Origin: an uncultured Poribacteria bacterium | Lineage (GTDB): Bacteria > Poribacteria > WGA-4E > WGA-3G | Length of the DNA: 64,000 bases | Reading direction: 5' to 3' | NCBI GenBank assembly: GCA_958296135.2 | Contig: CATQHZ020000001.1 | Coordinates: 1,696,001-1,760,000 of the forward strand | Shown: in pieces, positions 20,084 through 30,946 of the stretch | Layout of the letters: every line of letters starts with the position of its first letter | Position numbering within the stretch: position 1 is the stretch's first letter | Notes under the pieces: model-generated | Databases searched by the model: none | The model's input: only the letters and a program-made list of their open reading frames with translations | Told to the model about the DNA's origin: nothing | Position numbers and translations under genes: made by a program

Positions 20084-21034
20084 CTAATCCTCTAAGGTGA
20101 ACTCAAAAGGAATCTGGACCGTTTTGCTCACGGGCTTTCCACGCTGCATGGCTGGGATGAAAGTGGATTTCCGCAATGCCGCAATCGCTGCATCTTCAAA
20201 TCCGAAGCCTAGATTGGTGACTGGCACGATATCCTGGGCGATGCCGTTCTCATCAATAGTGGCTTGCAAAATCACGGTGCCTTCCTTGCCGGCGCGCTTG
20301 GCGGTTTTCGGATAAACCGGCTTCAGTTTGTATTTGAACTTCGGGTTGGTTCCCTTAGGTCCGAGCTCGATATCCCCAACGTTCAAATCCTGCGCGTCAT
20401 CTGCCGCGATAGGTTCAACCTTGTCAAGCAGCGATTCTGTCGAACGATCTGGTGCGAATTCAAGAGGCTTTATCGCTACTTCTTGTGCCCCCGTGGGCCG
20501 CTCAAGTCCTTTCCCAAAATCGATACCCTTCAGGCCACCCGTTGTTGATGGACCCGGGACATCCACCGTGGCATCCGGAGCCTGATCGATGGTGAACCCC
20601 GTATTCGCTAACGGCAGCGTGGTAGTCGTCTGCACCGGCTTCCGCTGAATGACCTGGGTTTCCTGCTGTTTCGTCTTGAACGTCTGCTTCGGTTTCGCTC
20701 GGAACCGGCGTTTAGTGGCCGCATTTTCTTTCACGACGAAAACACCACTGAACGTTTCTGTCTCGGAGACTACCCGGTCGGCGATGTAGTAGACGCTGAT
20801 AATGAACGCAACAATGACATGAAACGCCACGGACACCGTGAGTGCAGTGGAGTTGCGGCCTGCTGTTTTTTGCAGCGTGATCGGCGCGCTCATGGGGTGC
20901 GCCTGCACCTCGGACACAGCACTTCTCTGGTTCGCATTAAGCGCCATCTTCTTCAACGGCTTGACACGTCTCGGCTTTTTACGTTCCGCCCGACGCTGCT
21001 GGAGATGGGCGACAATGCCGGAACTTCTACTCAT
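20084..21034 (-). CDS. tonB: Energy transducer TonB family protein
   Basis: TM with SVAFH motif; C-terminal PVYPKTAKRAGKEGTVILQATIDENG...FIPA...IPFEFTL. Confidence 0.88.
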   Translation of the reverse strand: MSRSSGIVAHLQQRRAERKKPRRVKPLKKMALNANQRSAVSEVQAHPMSAPITLQKTAGRNSTALTVSVAFHVIVAFIISVYYIADRVVSETETFSGVFVVKENAATKRRFRAKPKQTFKTKQQETQVIQRKPVQTTTTLPLANTGFTIDQAPDATVDVPGPSTTGGLKGIDFGKGLERPTGAQEVAIKPLEFAPDRSTESLLDKVEPIAADDAQDLNVGDIELGPKGTNPKFKYKLKPVYPKTAKRAGKEGTVILQATIDENGIAQDIVPVTNLGFGFEDAAIAALRKSTFIPAMQRGKPVSKTVQIPFEFTLED

Positions 21035-21150
21035 CTCTTTTTCCTCCTATAGTTCTAATGCGCGATATCGGAACCTGCGATTTATAAGTATTCAACGTCA
21101 CAATTCGCAAAAGGTTTACGCATACGCGCGAATTTCTCCACGCTTGCACA

Positions 21151-21179
21151 ATTGTATCACTTTTCCGTTATTTTGTCAA
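21151..21179 (-). promoter_or_regulatory. Sigma70-type promoter for tonB
   Basis: TTGACA-17 nt-TACAAT. Confidence 0.65.
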
Positions 21180-21610
21180 ATCTTTTTTATTTTTATTTGG
21201 AGTTTGCGCTCGCCCATCGCAAACAGTGAAAATCGATGCAGGAAGAGGGACGAGCGGGAATGGGAGAGAAGACCAGGGAAACCCGGTCTCCTTGACACGG
21301 GCAGGCTCAGGCAATCCTGCTCTATAGGGCGGGGGCCTGCTGTTCATTTTCTTGAGGATATCAAAGACAGAAAACTGAATGCCTCTGATTCTGCAACGGA
21401 GCGATTTAGTTTTTCATTTGGCGCGTTCCCCGCCCGCGTTGTTCGGGCTCACCTGAAGAGAAAAAAGAAATCGGTTCATTTTGACTGCTGGGCGGATAGA
21501 GACATCCGCCCTTACAGACGAGGACAGCCGGCACGCGTCTGGCCCTGTCAGACAGGTTCAGCTCAGGCGAGCACCACCTACAAAGGCCGGGGGCTCGCCG
21601 TCCAATTATG

Positions 21611-23827
21611 CTAAAGATTCCACCAATACGTGAATTTCCCCACTACCGTTGAATCTAGCAGGGCCGCCTTCGTGGTTCTGTCCGTATCGTAAGTCTGATT
21701 GAAAACTAAATAGAAATCGCTTCCCGGACGGTAAATGTAGTTAATCAGGAAGTTTGTCGACACCACCTGCGCGTCGGTGTTCCACTGTGCGAAGAGTTTG
21801 GCGAAGAGACTCGTGGAGAACGAATAGTTGAACCGGCTCGTGAAGAGGTTCGCGTCAAAATCGCCTGCGGGGAGGGTGACGCGGTTAAATTGGTAGAACG
21901 CCTCTAGACTCATCTGACCGGTCGGTTTTAGCGTCATGTGCACATAGAACTTCCGTATGTCGCCGTTATAGAAATTCCCCAACTCAAACCCGGTTGTGGT
22001 ATTGAACGGCCGGCTGTCGCTCGTGGAAATTCGTCCGCCGAACCCGCTGTATTGATAGTCGCCGATGGGGATAATCACGTCATCGCGAATCTCAAAATCT
22101 GCGTCAAGCCGCTCAAACTCCCGTTTCGCAAATAACATAAGGGAGTCGCCTGATGAGAAACTGAACCACTGCGTGTTGTTCACCTCCCACTGCTCCAATT
22201 CGTTATCCTGATTGAAGACCAGGTCGATTTCGGGTCCCGAGTAAATTTCACGGATGCCGTATTTCTGTGGTCTGGGGGCCCAACGGAATTGTCCTTGCAC
22301 GCGTCGGATGCCGCTTTGCCGGACATAACCCACTGCCGGGTTGAAATCCTCGTCAATATCGGTGTAAGAACCTGACGCGCGGAAAATGTCGTTCCGCCAG
22401 CGGGTGCCGAGATACCACGCATTATTTTTCCCAGACATTCCAGGTTCAAACGTCCGGGACCACATGCCGCGCACATCCAGCCTGTTGCTTGGCCGGTATT
22501 CAAAATCCACACCGCCGGCGCGATTGTAATCGCCGATTTCATCTTTGTTAACAGCAATCATGCCGATGCGCGAGCCGGAGGCGACATCCTTGGTAATCCG
22601 CATCACCGAATAGTTGGTGCGCGGAATTTCAACCAGTTCGTCAGTCCCATCATCGAAGAATTCATCGGTAAGCACGTTGAGAAACCCCACGCCGTAGGAG
22701 CCAACTTTGCCGGTGGATTTTCCGCCGAAGATAATCGGGATTGCGTTGCCTTGTGCGAGTCCGATGCGCCGGCTATAGAAGAGTAACATCGGCGGCGGCC
22801 GTCGGAAACTGCTCCGCGGCACCCCGAAATCAAACAACCCCGCGCCTTCTAAAAAGAAGGGACGCTTTTCTGGAAAAAAGAGGCTAAATCGGGTGAGGTT
22901 TACCTGCTCCTGGTCTGCCTCAACTTGTGCAAAGTCGGTGTTATAGGTGATATCGGCGATGAGGTTTGAGGTGATGCCGTATTTCGCGTCAAATCCCACC
23001 TTGAATTCGCGCGTCGTCTGCAGCAAGTCTCCGTCGCCATTTGCCTGCGTGATGCCGGGTAGCACATACGGTAGGACTTCCAGGTGACGCGAGGGCGCGA
23101 TACCCTCCAAACCGACAAGCGAACCGACATTCGCTGTCCGATACTTCGCCAGGCCGCCATAAGAGGCGGGAACCGGGGCCCAGATGGACTCCTCCTGGTT
23201 CCGCGGGAGCTCGCGTCCCACATTGATGCCCCATACCATCGGCTCGCGTTTATTAAAGCGGAGTTGACTGAACGGAATGCTGAACTCCAACGTCCAATAC
23301 CCATCGTTGATTTTCGCTTTGCATTTGACGATGGCATCCCAGTCGGTATTGAACGTGTCGCCGCTGTTCGTCACGGCTCTGTCCTGTATCGCGCCGAGGG
23401 CGTTCATGCGGAAGAAAAACCCGCTCCGTTTGTCGTTATAGGTATCCAACAGTAGAAAGACGTTGTCGTTCTCGTGTATGTCGCGGGCATCGCGGCGCAT
23501 CTCGTTCGCAATGAGTTTTGACATATCGGAGTCGTAGCAGGTAAATCCAAAATAGATATTCTCGTTATCGTAGAGGATGCGCACCTCCATCGGTTCGGTG
23601 AGGGCTTCGCCTTCATACGGTTCAATCTGCGCGAATCGCGTCATCGGTTCGGCGTTCTGCCAATCCGATTCGCCCAGGTCTCCGTCAATCTCAATGCTCT
23701 GGTATGTGCGATATGCTTCTGTCTGGTAGCCGTTTGCTTCAGCCTGCGCGCCGAGAGCAACGATGCACAGCAGCACGCCCATGCATAAGGCGATTCTAGC
23801 TGGTAAAGAAGATAGATAGTCGTCCAA
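21611..23827 (-). CDS. CBM9-like/DUF5916 outer-membrane protein
   Basis: IDGDLGESDW, LEFSIPFSQLRF, NTDFAQVEADQEQVNLTRFSLFFPEKRPFFLEG; start uncertain (TTG after GGAGG). Confidence 0.85.
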   Translation of the reverse strand: MDDYLSSLPARIALCMGVLLCIVALGAQAEANGYQTEAYRTYQSIEIDGDLGESDWQNAEPMTRFAQIEPYEGEALTEPMEVRILYDNENIYFGFTCYDSDMSKLIANEMRRDARDIHENDNVFLLLDTYNDKRSGFFFRMNALGAIQDRAVTNSGDTFNTDWDAIVKCKAKINDGYWTLEFSIPFSQLRFNKREPMVWGINVGRELPRNQEESIWAPVPASYGGLAKYRTANVGSLVGLEGIAPSRHLEVLPYVLPGITQANGDGDLLQTTREFKVGFDAKYGITSNLIADITYNTDFAQVEADQEQVNLTRFSLFFPEKRPFFLEGAGLFDFGVPRSSFRRPPPMLLFYSRRIGLAQGNAIPIIFGGKSTGKVGSYGVGFLNVLTDEFFDDGTDELVEIPRTNYSVMRITKDVASGSRIGMIAVNKDEIGDYNRAGGVDFEYRPSNRLDVRGMWSRTFEPGMSGKNNAWYLGTRWRNDIFRASGSYTDIDEDFNPAVGYVRQSGIRRVQGQFRWAPRPQKYGIREIYSGPEIDLVFNQDNELEQWEVNNTQWFSFSSGDSLMLFAKREFERLDADFEIRDDVIIPIGDYQYSGFGGRISTSDSRPFNTTTGFELGNFYNGDIRKFYVHMTLKPTGQMSLEAFYQFNRVTLPAGDFDANLFTSRFNYSFSTSLFAKLFAQWNTDAQVVSTNFLINYIYRPGSDFYLVFNQTYDTDRTTKAALLDSTVVGKFTYWWNL

Positions 23828-24270
23828 AAAAGTGCCTCCTGCGGATAAAAATGGTAAGGGCAAATTTCTATATCCGCCCGTAGTTGGCGGAAAAATTACC
23901 CGTTTGTTTACTGAATCTTCATCTGATTTCGCCGTGCTTGGGAACTGGCGAGCTCCATCTACAGACGGTGATTTCGTCGCAATTAATTTTTAGACGCAAA
24001 AGAGGCAAATTGGGTTAATAATTTTTTTACCACAACTTGTAAGGGCGGCAATTTTTCCAATAGGCGCGATTTGATGAAGTTTAAAAAAGAAATCGGTTCA
24101 TTCCAACAGACAGGCGGATATAGACATCCGCCTTTACACTCGGGTGCAATGCGCGCGGAGACGCTGCACACTGCCCGAAAAAATTGTCCTATTGAATACA
24201 GAATTTTCATGCAAGTGCTTGTGCCAGAACGAGAGCGGTTGAAAACCGCGCATACCGGGTTTGTTTTGTG

Positions 24271-26379
24271 TTAAAATTCCAATGACACCGCCAAAAACGG
24301 CAGGATGGGCAATTGATAATTCGGCACCTCTTCAGTAAAGCCGCTGTCGTAACGGACTTGGAAGAAATTGGCGCGGTTATAGACGTTCCAGATTTCAAGG
24401 CTAACCTTCAATTTTAGCAAGTCGCCGAGCGGCCTGGCGTATGCCATCGACAGGTCCAAGCGGTGATACGGTGCAGTCCGTTTCTGCGCCGCGTAAATCG
24501 GCACCCACTTTTTCTCTTGCGTAAAGGGATTGGTATACCGTTCGCGCCCGGCAAGTGGTGCGTAGAGAGCCCCACTCATATATTGCCACTTTGCGCCGAT
24601 GTGCCACGATGCATTGCTGTAGCGCGCCGCCGCTGTCACCGAATGTGGTTTGTTGTAAGAATAGAGCCGCTCCGCTTCCGCCGGAAAATCGCGCCGCTTG
24701 GATACGGTGTTGGCATACGCCACCCACATCTCAAACGCCGCCGAAATTTTGTGCTGGAGTGACACTTCAACCCCTCGCGCGAAGCCGCCTTGGGCGTTCT
24801 GATATTGTCTGGCAATTTTGTTGTAAACAATCAGATCGCGGAGGTTTTTGTAGTAGCCGGCGAGATATATCTTCGTTTGGGAAGCGAGCTCCTGTTCCAA
24901 TTCCACGACATAATGCGTCGCGTGGCTCGGAGTCAAAAACAGATTGCTATTGCCAAGTACCGCCTGATCTAGCCGTGGACTCTGTGCATAGCGGCCGTAA
25001 CTGACGTGCAGGGAGGCATCTGAACTGAGCGCGAAGCTGAGCGACCCGCGCGGCTGAAGGGATAGGCTGTCTATCAGATTAAAGTAACTCAGGCGCGCGC
25101 CTGCCGTGCCAGATAAAAACGATAGCGGCTGATGGCGCGCCTGCACATATCCCTCAAAACGGTGAAGGGCTGCGGTTTCAATAACGGAGACTTTTTTGCC
25201 GCCGCGCCGAATCCTGTACTCGTAGTCCACGTCACCCTCTTCCACCCGGCGCGCGCCATCGCTGATAAGCGTCGTTGGGCTGCTGGAAAGCAGAAATCCG
25301 AACTCTACATCGGTATGGCCAGAAGCGGCGTAGGTTAAATCGTTGCGGAGAGCATAGTCAGACGCAGCATCGCGATAGAAATATCCCTCGCCAAACGCCA
25401 ACTCCTGTTCCGAAAACGAACGGGTGAGCGACACAATTGAACGCAACTCCGGGGAAAACTGCGAGTAGAGGTGAACTCCTTGAACGTCGAAGGGGTTATC
25501 GGAATCGACTTCCCCTCTGAGGTCACTCTCGTGTGTCTCTCTCGCGCTCAGTTCTAATTTGGAGGAATCATACGCCGAGACCGCGTTGATAACAACGCCA
25601 TGCGTGCTGTTCAGTTTGTAAACGCCTTTGAACTGATAGCTCCAGAAACTCGGCACCTCTCGCACCGGGTCATCCAACTCTACTAGCTGCGAGGCCAACT
25701 CGTAAAATGGCCCTAGATAACTACGTCTGCCGAAGGCATACCAATACCCGTGGCCGGGCACCTCATTTTCGAGGAATTCGGCATCTGTGGAAACTTGGAC
25801 TGGATGGCGAGGGACAGGCCCTCGCGCCACGTTTGTAGCGACGTTACGTGCTATTTTTCCACCTAAGAATGCTTCGGAATAGATAGGATTAACCTTCACT
25901 GTCCCGTGGGGCATCCATCTCCCGGGCGCGATTTTCGGACGGGAATGGATGTCAATCACCGCCTGTGAATCCGCGCCGAACTTCGCGTCAAACCCACCCG
26001 GATAAACGTCAATCCGTTCAATAACATCGGCACTGACGACAGAGACAATGCCGAGTAGATGATACGGAAATCGCAAGGGCAGCCGGTCGAAATAATAACG
26101 GTTATCGCCGGGCGCGCCGCCTCGGACAGAGAGTATTCCCATGAAATCGTTCAGTGGGCCGATGCTCGGATGGAGCGTAATGGCCCGAAACGGATCATCT
26201 GCACTGCCCGGGATATCCTGTAGCATTTCTGCGCCCATCGTCCGCGGATTTTTGCCGAGTCGCTGCGCCACAATTTCAATGGGGGCAAGTTGATGCATGT
26301 CAGCATCCGTTTCGGTGTCGTTTTGCGCGAAGGCCACCATCGGAATGATGAGCATGAGTAAGGTTAAATGAGACTTCAT
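24271..26379 (-). CDS. TonB-dependent receptor (plug + barrel)
   Basis: Signal peptide, SVRGG plug motif, IDVYPGGF, YHRLDL, NVYNR, terminal Phe. Confidence 0.9.
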   Translation of the reverse strand: MKSHLTLLMLIIPMVAFAQNDTETDADMHQLAPIEIVAQRLGKNPRTMGAEMLQDIPGSADDPFRAITLHPSIGPLNDFMGILSVRGGAPGDNRYYFDRLPLRFPYHLLGIVSVVSADVIERIDVYPGGFDAKFGADSQAVIDIHSRPKIAPGRWMPHGTVKVNPIYSEAFLGGKIARNVATNVARGPVPRHPVQVSTDAEFLENEVPGHGYWYAFGRRSYLGPFYELASQLVELDDPVREVPSFWSYQFKGVYKLNSTHGVVINAVSAYDSSKLELSARETHESDLRGEVDSDNPFDVQGVHLYSQFSPELRSIVSLTRSFSEQELAFGEGYFYRDAASDYALRNDLTYAASGHTDVEFGFLLSSSPTTLISDGARRVEEGDVDYEYRIRRGGKKVSVIETAALHRFEGYVQARHQPLSFLSGTAGARLSYFNLIDSLSLQPRGSLSFALSSDASLHVSYGRYAQSPRLDQAVLGNSNLFLTPSHATHYVVELEQELASQTKIYLAGYYKNLRDLIVYNKIARQYQNAQGGFARGVEVSLQHKISAAFEMWVAYANTVSKRRDFPAEAERLYSYNKPHSVTAAARYSNASWHIGAKWQYMSGALYAPLAGRERYTNPFTQEKKWVPIYAAQKRTAPYHRLDLSMAYARPLGDLLKLKVSLEIWNVYNRANFFQVRYDSGFTEEVPNYQLPILPFLAVSLEF

Positions 26380-26772
26380 CTAATCTAGACCTGGTTGGGC
26401 TCCCGTTATCACTGACATCGGCGGGTTGCGAGCCCGAACTACAGAATTTGCCAATTTCATTAAGTATCGCGTATCTGAAAAGGTTTGTCAAGTCAAAGTT
26501 CGTAGGGCAAACTCGCCTGAGCTTGGACCCCGTTGAGCGTGCGAGTTCCTGAAGAAGTCAGGCTCGGATGAAGTTTAAAAAAGGAACGGCTCATTTTTTT
26601 CGCGGGATCCGGGCGGATATGAACGACATCCGCCCTTACAAGCAAGAGCGAGGATTGCACGGTTTCCGCTGCGGGCCGCTTGGGAAAATTGTCCGAGTTA
26701 AGACTGAATCTTCAGGCGAGCCCGAACTACAGACGGGGAAAACTCAATCGTTCTGATAGTTCAGTAAATTGC

Positions 26773-26801
26773 TTGACCTTCACTGGAAAGTATGATAAAA
26801 T
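26773..26801 (+). promoter_or_regulatory. Sigma70-type promoter
   Basis: TTGACC-17 nt-TAAAAT. Confidence 0.55.
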
Positions 26802-26848
26802 AGAGACACGTAGATTTCCACACGCAGCAAAACAGTAGAGGCTAGAAA

Positions 26849-28441
26849 ATGCGATATTTCCAAACAGCGGGCATCGTATACCCGGAAGAGAACTACATCG
26901 TCGCGCGCACAGCGGAGGTTACCGATTTCATCCAACGGGTGAAGAGAGGAAAATACATTGTTCTTTTTGCCCCACGCCAAACCGGGAAGACGACGTTCTT
27001 CCAAACCGCTCTGAATGAACTCGCATCCACAGCGCCGGACTATTTCTCCGTTTCACTGAATTTTGAGGCGTATGAGAAAGCCACACCGCTGGATTTTTAC
27101 CGTTACCTTTCCAACGATATTCGCGCGGAGATAGAGAAAGTTTTCCAGAGTCGCGGGCAGGTGCTACCCGACCTCTTTGCGCACTTTTTGGCGAACACGA
27201 CATTAACCGATGCCTTTTCAATGAAAGAGTTCTTTGGAGAATTGTCAAGGTTTCTGCCGAATCAGCGGGTTGTCGTTGTCATTGACGAATTTGATGGCAT
27301 TCCACGAGAGGTAGTCAGTGATTTTCTGCATACCCTCCGCCGCATCTATCTCTCTGATAGAAATCGGTGTCCCTACAGCGTCTCCATCGTCGGCGTGAAG
27401 AACATCACGCAACTCAACTACAATGCGTCCATCTCGCCCTTTAATATCCAAGATGAGCTCAAGTTGTTGAACTTCACTCTTGAACAGGTGCAGGAACTCC
27501 TTGGGCAGTATACCGAGGAAGTCGGACAGGCCTTCGCGCCAGAAGTCGTTGAACGCCTTCACCGGCAGACAGGTGGGCATCCGGTGCTCGTCAACTATCT
27601 CGCGCGGATTCTCACGGAGAAGATGGACATTCCAAAAACCGAGATAATCGGCATGGCGCACTTTTTCACTGCGCACCAGCAACTTCTTGAAGAAGGGAAT
27701 GTCAACCTGACACACCTCGCCACGAATGTTCGTCGAGAGCCACGTTTCCAACGCGTCCTCATGCAAATTACATCATCCGATAGAGGGAGAGCGTTCAATT
27801 TGTATGATGAAGTCGTCAGCGAACTCGCCACCTACGGTGTCATCAAGAGAGGAGCCGACCGGATGTGCGAGATTGCAAACCCTATTTACCTCTACTGCAT
27901 CCTGCAAACCTTCAAACCAGCGGTTAACGGATTGGAGGACGAATACTACCCGCAAGACACTGACAACGGTGTTGACGATTACCTCTCGGACGCGGGCGAA
28001 ATTGACATGACACGGCTCCTGGATAATTTCCGCGATTTCATCGCACGCGCAGGCTTCCGCATCCTACAGGTGCCACAGACACCGAAAGAATACGTCGGAC
28101 AGCACCTCCTGCTGGCCTATCTAGACCTGTTTGTCCGCCAGGTCCACGGCGTGATGCATCTTGAAGTGCAAACCGGGCGCGGACGGATAGATCTGATGGT
28201 GAATCACCGCGGGCGGAAGCACATCGTTGAAACAAAAACGTGGCAAGGCGAGAAATCCTACCGAGCCGGCAAGACGCAACTCGCCGCCTATCTCAAGTTA
28301 GAGGGTGTCGCTGTGGGATATTACGTAGTGTTTGACTACCGCAAAAACCCCGAATCGCGTGCTGAGACAGAGACGGTGGCCGGGAATCTGACGATTCGGA
28401 GTTACGTCATCCCCGTAGTGCAAGAAATGCCTTCAGAATGA
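26849..28441 (+). CDS. AAA-like ATPase fused to PD-(D/E)XK nuclease-like domain
   Basis: Walker A APRQTGKTT, Walker B VVIDEFD, TGGHP; C-terminal GRGRIDL..IVETK..QLAAY. Confidence 0.88.
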   Translation: MRYFQTAGIVYPEENYIVARTAEVTDFIQRVKRGKYIVLFAPRQTGKTTFFQTALNELASTAPDYFSVSLNFEAYEKATPLDFYRYLSNDIRAEIEKVFQSRGQVLPDLFAHFLANTTLTDAFSMKEFFGELSRFLPNQRVVVVIDEFDGIPREVVSDFLHTLRRIYLSDRNRCPYSVSIVGVKNITQLNYNASISPFNIQDELKLLNFTLEQVQELLGQYTEEVGQAFAPEVVERLHRQTGGHPVLVNYLARILTEKMDIPKTEIIGMAHFFTAHQQLLEEGNVNLTHLATNVRREPRFQRVLMQITSSDRGRAFNLYDEVVSELATYGVIKRGADRMCEIANPIYLYCILQTFKPAVNGLEDEYYPQDTDNGVDDYLSDAGEIDMTRLLDNFRDFIARAGFRILQVPQTPKEYVGQHLLLAYLDLFVRQVHGVMHLEVQTGRGRIDLMVNHRGRKHIVETKTWQGEKSYRAGKTQLAAYLKLEGVAVGYYVVFDYRKNPESRAETETVAGNLTIRSYVIPVVQEMPSE

Positions 28442-28534
28442 TGTTTAAAAAAAGAAACGGCTCATTTTTTCGCGGGCTACGGGCGGATATGAACGACATC
28501 CGCCCTTACAGACAGGCGCGAGGACCGCTCTGAA

Positions 28535-30763
28535 TCAAAATTCCGCCGAAACGCCTAAATACGGAATGAGCGGGAACTGATTGAGCGGCTCCTTTGTCTT
28601 GTAATCCGCACTGTAGTTGTATTGCAACAAATTCGCGCGGTTGTAGGCATTGAGGAGCTCCAAGAAGACACCCAGCTGCCACCCGCTAAATTTAAAGGTT
28701 TTACTGACGCGCAGATCCAACCGATGATAAGGCGGCAGCCGGTCTGAATTCGTCTCAGCATAAGTCGGAATCCAGATGGCTTTTCCGTTTCTCGGGTCAA
28801 TCCCAGAGGTGGCCCCAGTAATAGGCGTGTAAGGGTTTCCGGTCCGGTATTGCCATTTCGCGCCAATCTCCCACGTCGGCGAAAGGTTATAACTCGCGAC
28901 GAAAGTGGCGACGTGCGCCTGGTCAAACGAATAAAGACGATAGGGTTCTTCGGGCCGGTCGCGGCGCATCGAGAGCGCGTAGGCATAAGATACCCAGCCG
29001 AAAAACCGTTCGCCGATACGGTGCCGCAGGAAAATCTCAGCACCTTGCGCATAGCCGAGCCCTTGATTCAGATGACTACCCTCTCCATCGGAAGTTACGA
29101 GGCCGTTGAGGTCTTTATAGTAGCCAGCCATCTTAATCTCCGTATCGGACGACAGTTCCTGCGTTAATTCCACGATGTAGTGACTCGCCTCACTCGCGTT
29201 CAACTCCGGGTTTCCAATCGAAGAAGAGAGCAGCCAGGGCTGCGGGCTCTGGTTGTAAACGCCATAGGAGAATTGGAGCTCTGAACGATTTGGCAGTTCT
29301 ACCAGAATGCTGCCGCGCGGCTGGATGGAGAGTTCATCAATGCGATTGAAATAATCAAACCGCATCCCGAAAACAACGGATAACATCGGCATCAATGCGA
29401 ACCGATCTTGCAGGTATCCTTCAACCCGCTGTCCTCGGACGTACTCATCCACCTTCTGCCGTTCCTCAAAGCGGATGTCGTAATCATCTTCGCCTTCATC
29501 GGGTATGCGGCTGAAAGTGCCGGTGACTTTGCCGGGCTGCAAGGCGAGGACCAGGCCGGATTCCAGTTGATGCTCGGGTGTCACGTTGAATGTGAGATCT
29601 TCGCGGAGAACGTAACTCGGCGCGTCGAGGTTGAGTGAAAACGCATCCCCGACATCAAAGTTGAACAACAAATCCGAACGGGTTAAGGATAAAAAAGAGG
29701 TTAACCGGTCTGACAGAAGGGAGCGGAGGTGGATGCCCGCGCCGTTGAAACCGCTTTGAAACTGTGCGTCGCCCCGGAATTCTTCGTCCACGTCTTCGCC
29801 CTCCTGTCTGAACGCAAACCGGTCGCCGGATGCGAAGAGGTTCACCGACAATTGATGTTTGTCCCCCAAGTCATAGCCGCCTTTGAGTTGGTAATCCCAG
29901 AAGCGCGGAAATGCCGTAATCGCGCCGGTATCAAACGACAACGAATCAACAAACAGGTCAATGTAGCTGCGTCGTCCGGCGGCGTACCAGTATCCGTTGT
30001 CTCCGATATCGCCTTGAAGCACGCCTTCCGAGTAAAGCAGATTCAGGTTGAATTTTCCGTGCAGGCCGCCGCGGCTACTATCCTGCGAATAGATGTCAAT
30101 GACTGCCTGCGAGTCTATCCCAAATTCTGCGCCGTAGCCGCCGGCGTAGACATCAATCCGGTCGATAATCTCGGAGCTCACGGAGGAAACAAGCCCGCCG
30201 AAATGGTAGGGGTATCCAAACGGCACCCGGTCAAAATAGTAGAGATTGTCCTCGTCGGAGCCGCCCCGGATATAGAGCGCGCCGCTAAAATCGTTTGCTA
30301 CGCCGATGCCGGGGAGCGCGGGCAAGGCACGCAGCACATCACCGCCTGTGCCGGGCAAACGAGTCAGCTCCTTGGAACCGAGGCTCTTTTTGCTCACGGT
30401 TTTCGCATCCCGTTTATCCGTTACCTCTACTCCCTCCAATTGATACGTCTCCATATCGACGTTAATCTCAGGTTTCACCGTCTCCCCTGCGATGACAGTG
30501 ACAGTGGTTCGCATCGTCATTTGGGACTCCGGCACCGAGACAGCTAAGGTATAGGTGCCCTCGGGGATATCTGTGAAGACAAACCGCCCATTTTCATCAG
30601 TGGTTTGACGTTGGGCTGTCTGGATGAGGCGGACCTCCGCGTCAGCCAAAGGCGCACCGGTGTCTTGGCGAGAGACGGTGCCTTCAATTTGTCCGGTTTG
30701 TGCAAGGGAGGCTAATGGAAACCACAACACCACCAACACACCGTAAAAAAACTGCTTCGTCAT
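28535..30763 (-). CDS. TonB-dependent receptor with N-terminal carboxypeptidase-regulatory-like domain
   Basis: QTGQIEGTV..TDENGRF..GTYTL; LYIRGG; YHRLDLR; terminal Phe. Confidence 0.92.
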   Translation of the reverse strand: MTKQFFYGVLVVLWFPLASLAQTGQIEGTVSRQDTGAPLADAEVRLIQTAQRQTTDENGRFVFTDIPEGTYTLAVSVPESQMTMRTTVTVIAGETVKPEINVDMETYQLEGVEVTDKRDAKTVSKKSLGSKELTRLPGTGGDVLRALPALPGIGVANDFSGALYIRGGSDEDNLYYFDRVPFGYPYHFGGLVSSVSSEIIDRIDVYAGGYGAEFGIDSQAVIDIYSQDSSRGGLHGKFNLNLLYSEGVLQGDIGDNGYWYAAGRRSYIDLFVDSLSFDTGAITAFPRFWDYQLKGGYDLGDKHQLSVNLFASGDRFAFRQEGEDVDEEFRGDAQFQSGFNGAGIHLRSLLSDRLTSFLSLTRSDLLFNFDVGDAFSLNLDAPSYVLREDLTFNVTPEHQLESGLVLALQPGKVTGTFSRIPDEGEDDYDIRFEERQKVDEYVRGQRVEGYLQDRFALMPMLSVVFGMRFDYFNRIDELSIQPRGSILVELPNRSELQFSYGVYNQSPQPWLLSSSIGNPELNASEASHYIVELTQELSSDTEIKMAGYYKDLNGLVTSDGEGSHLNQGLGYAQGAEIFLRHRIGERFFGWVSYAYALSMRRDRPEEPYRLYSFDQAHVATFVASYNLSPTWEIGAKWQYRTGNPYTPITGATSGIDPRNGKAIWIPTYAETNSDRLPPYHRLDLRVSKTFKFSGWQLGVFLELLNAYNRANLLQYNYSADYKTKEPLNQFPLIPYLGVSAEF

Positions 30764-30946
30764 TCAGGTAAATTTCTCCTCATTGCGCGAAAAATTAGAT
30801 ACGTGAGGACTGACGTAAAAATCGACAGAGTCCGGTAGGCACGGTTTCACCCCGCGCGCTTCATACTTACGGATACATCCAGCGTCAGTCCTCTACATTT
30901 CAATTGTACCATTTCCTTCATCCGAATTGCCAAGAATTGGCAAAAA

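Noticed and set aside
19365-21034. Diversity-generating retroelement TR/VR pair (tonB and its copy)
   Set aside because: Differences are not adenine-specific and no reverse transcriptase is present; fits a decayed paralog.
20838-21614. 258-aa plus-strand ORF
   Set aside because: Antisense to tonB and crosses its promoter and repeats; no domain features.
30805-30893. MITE defined by an 11-bp inverted repeat (GAGGACTGACG...CGTCAGTCCTC)
   Set aside because: Single copy in the window and no clear target-site duplication.
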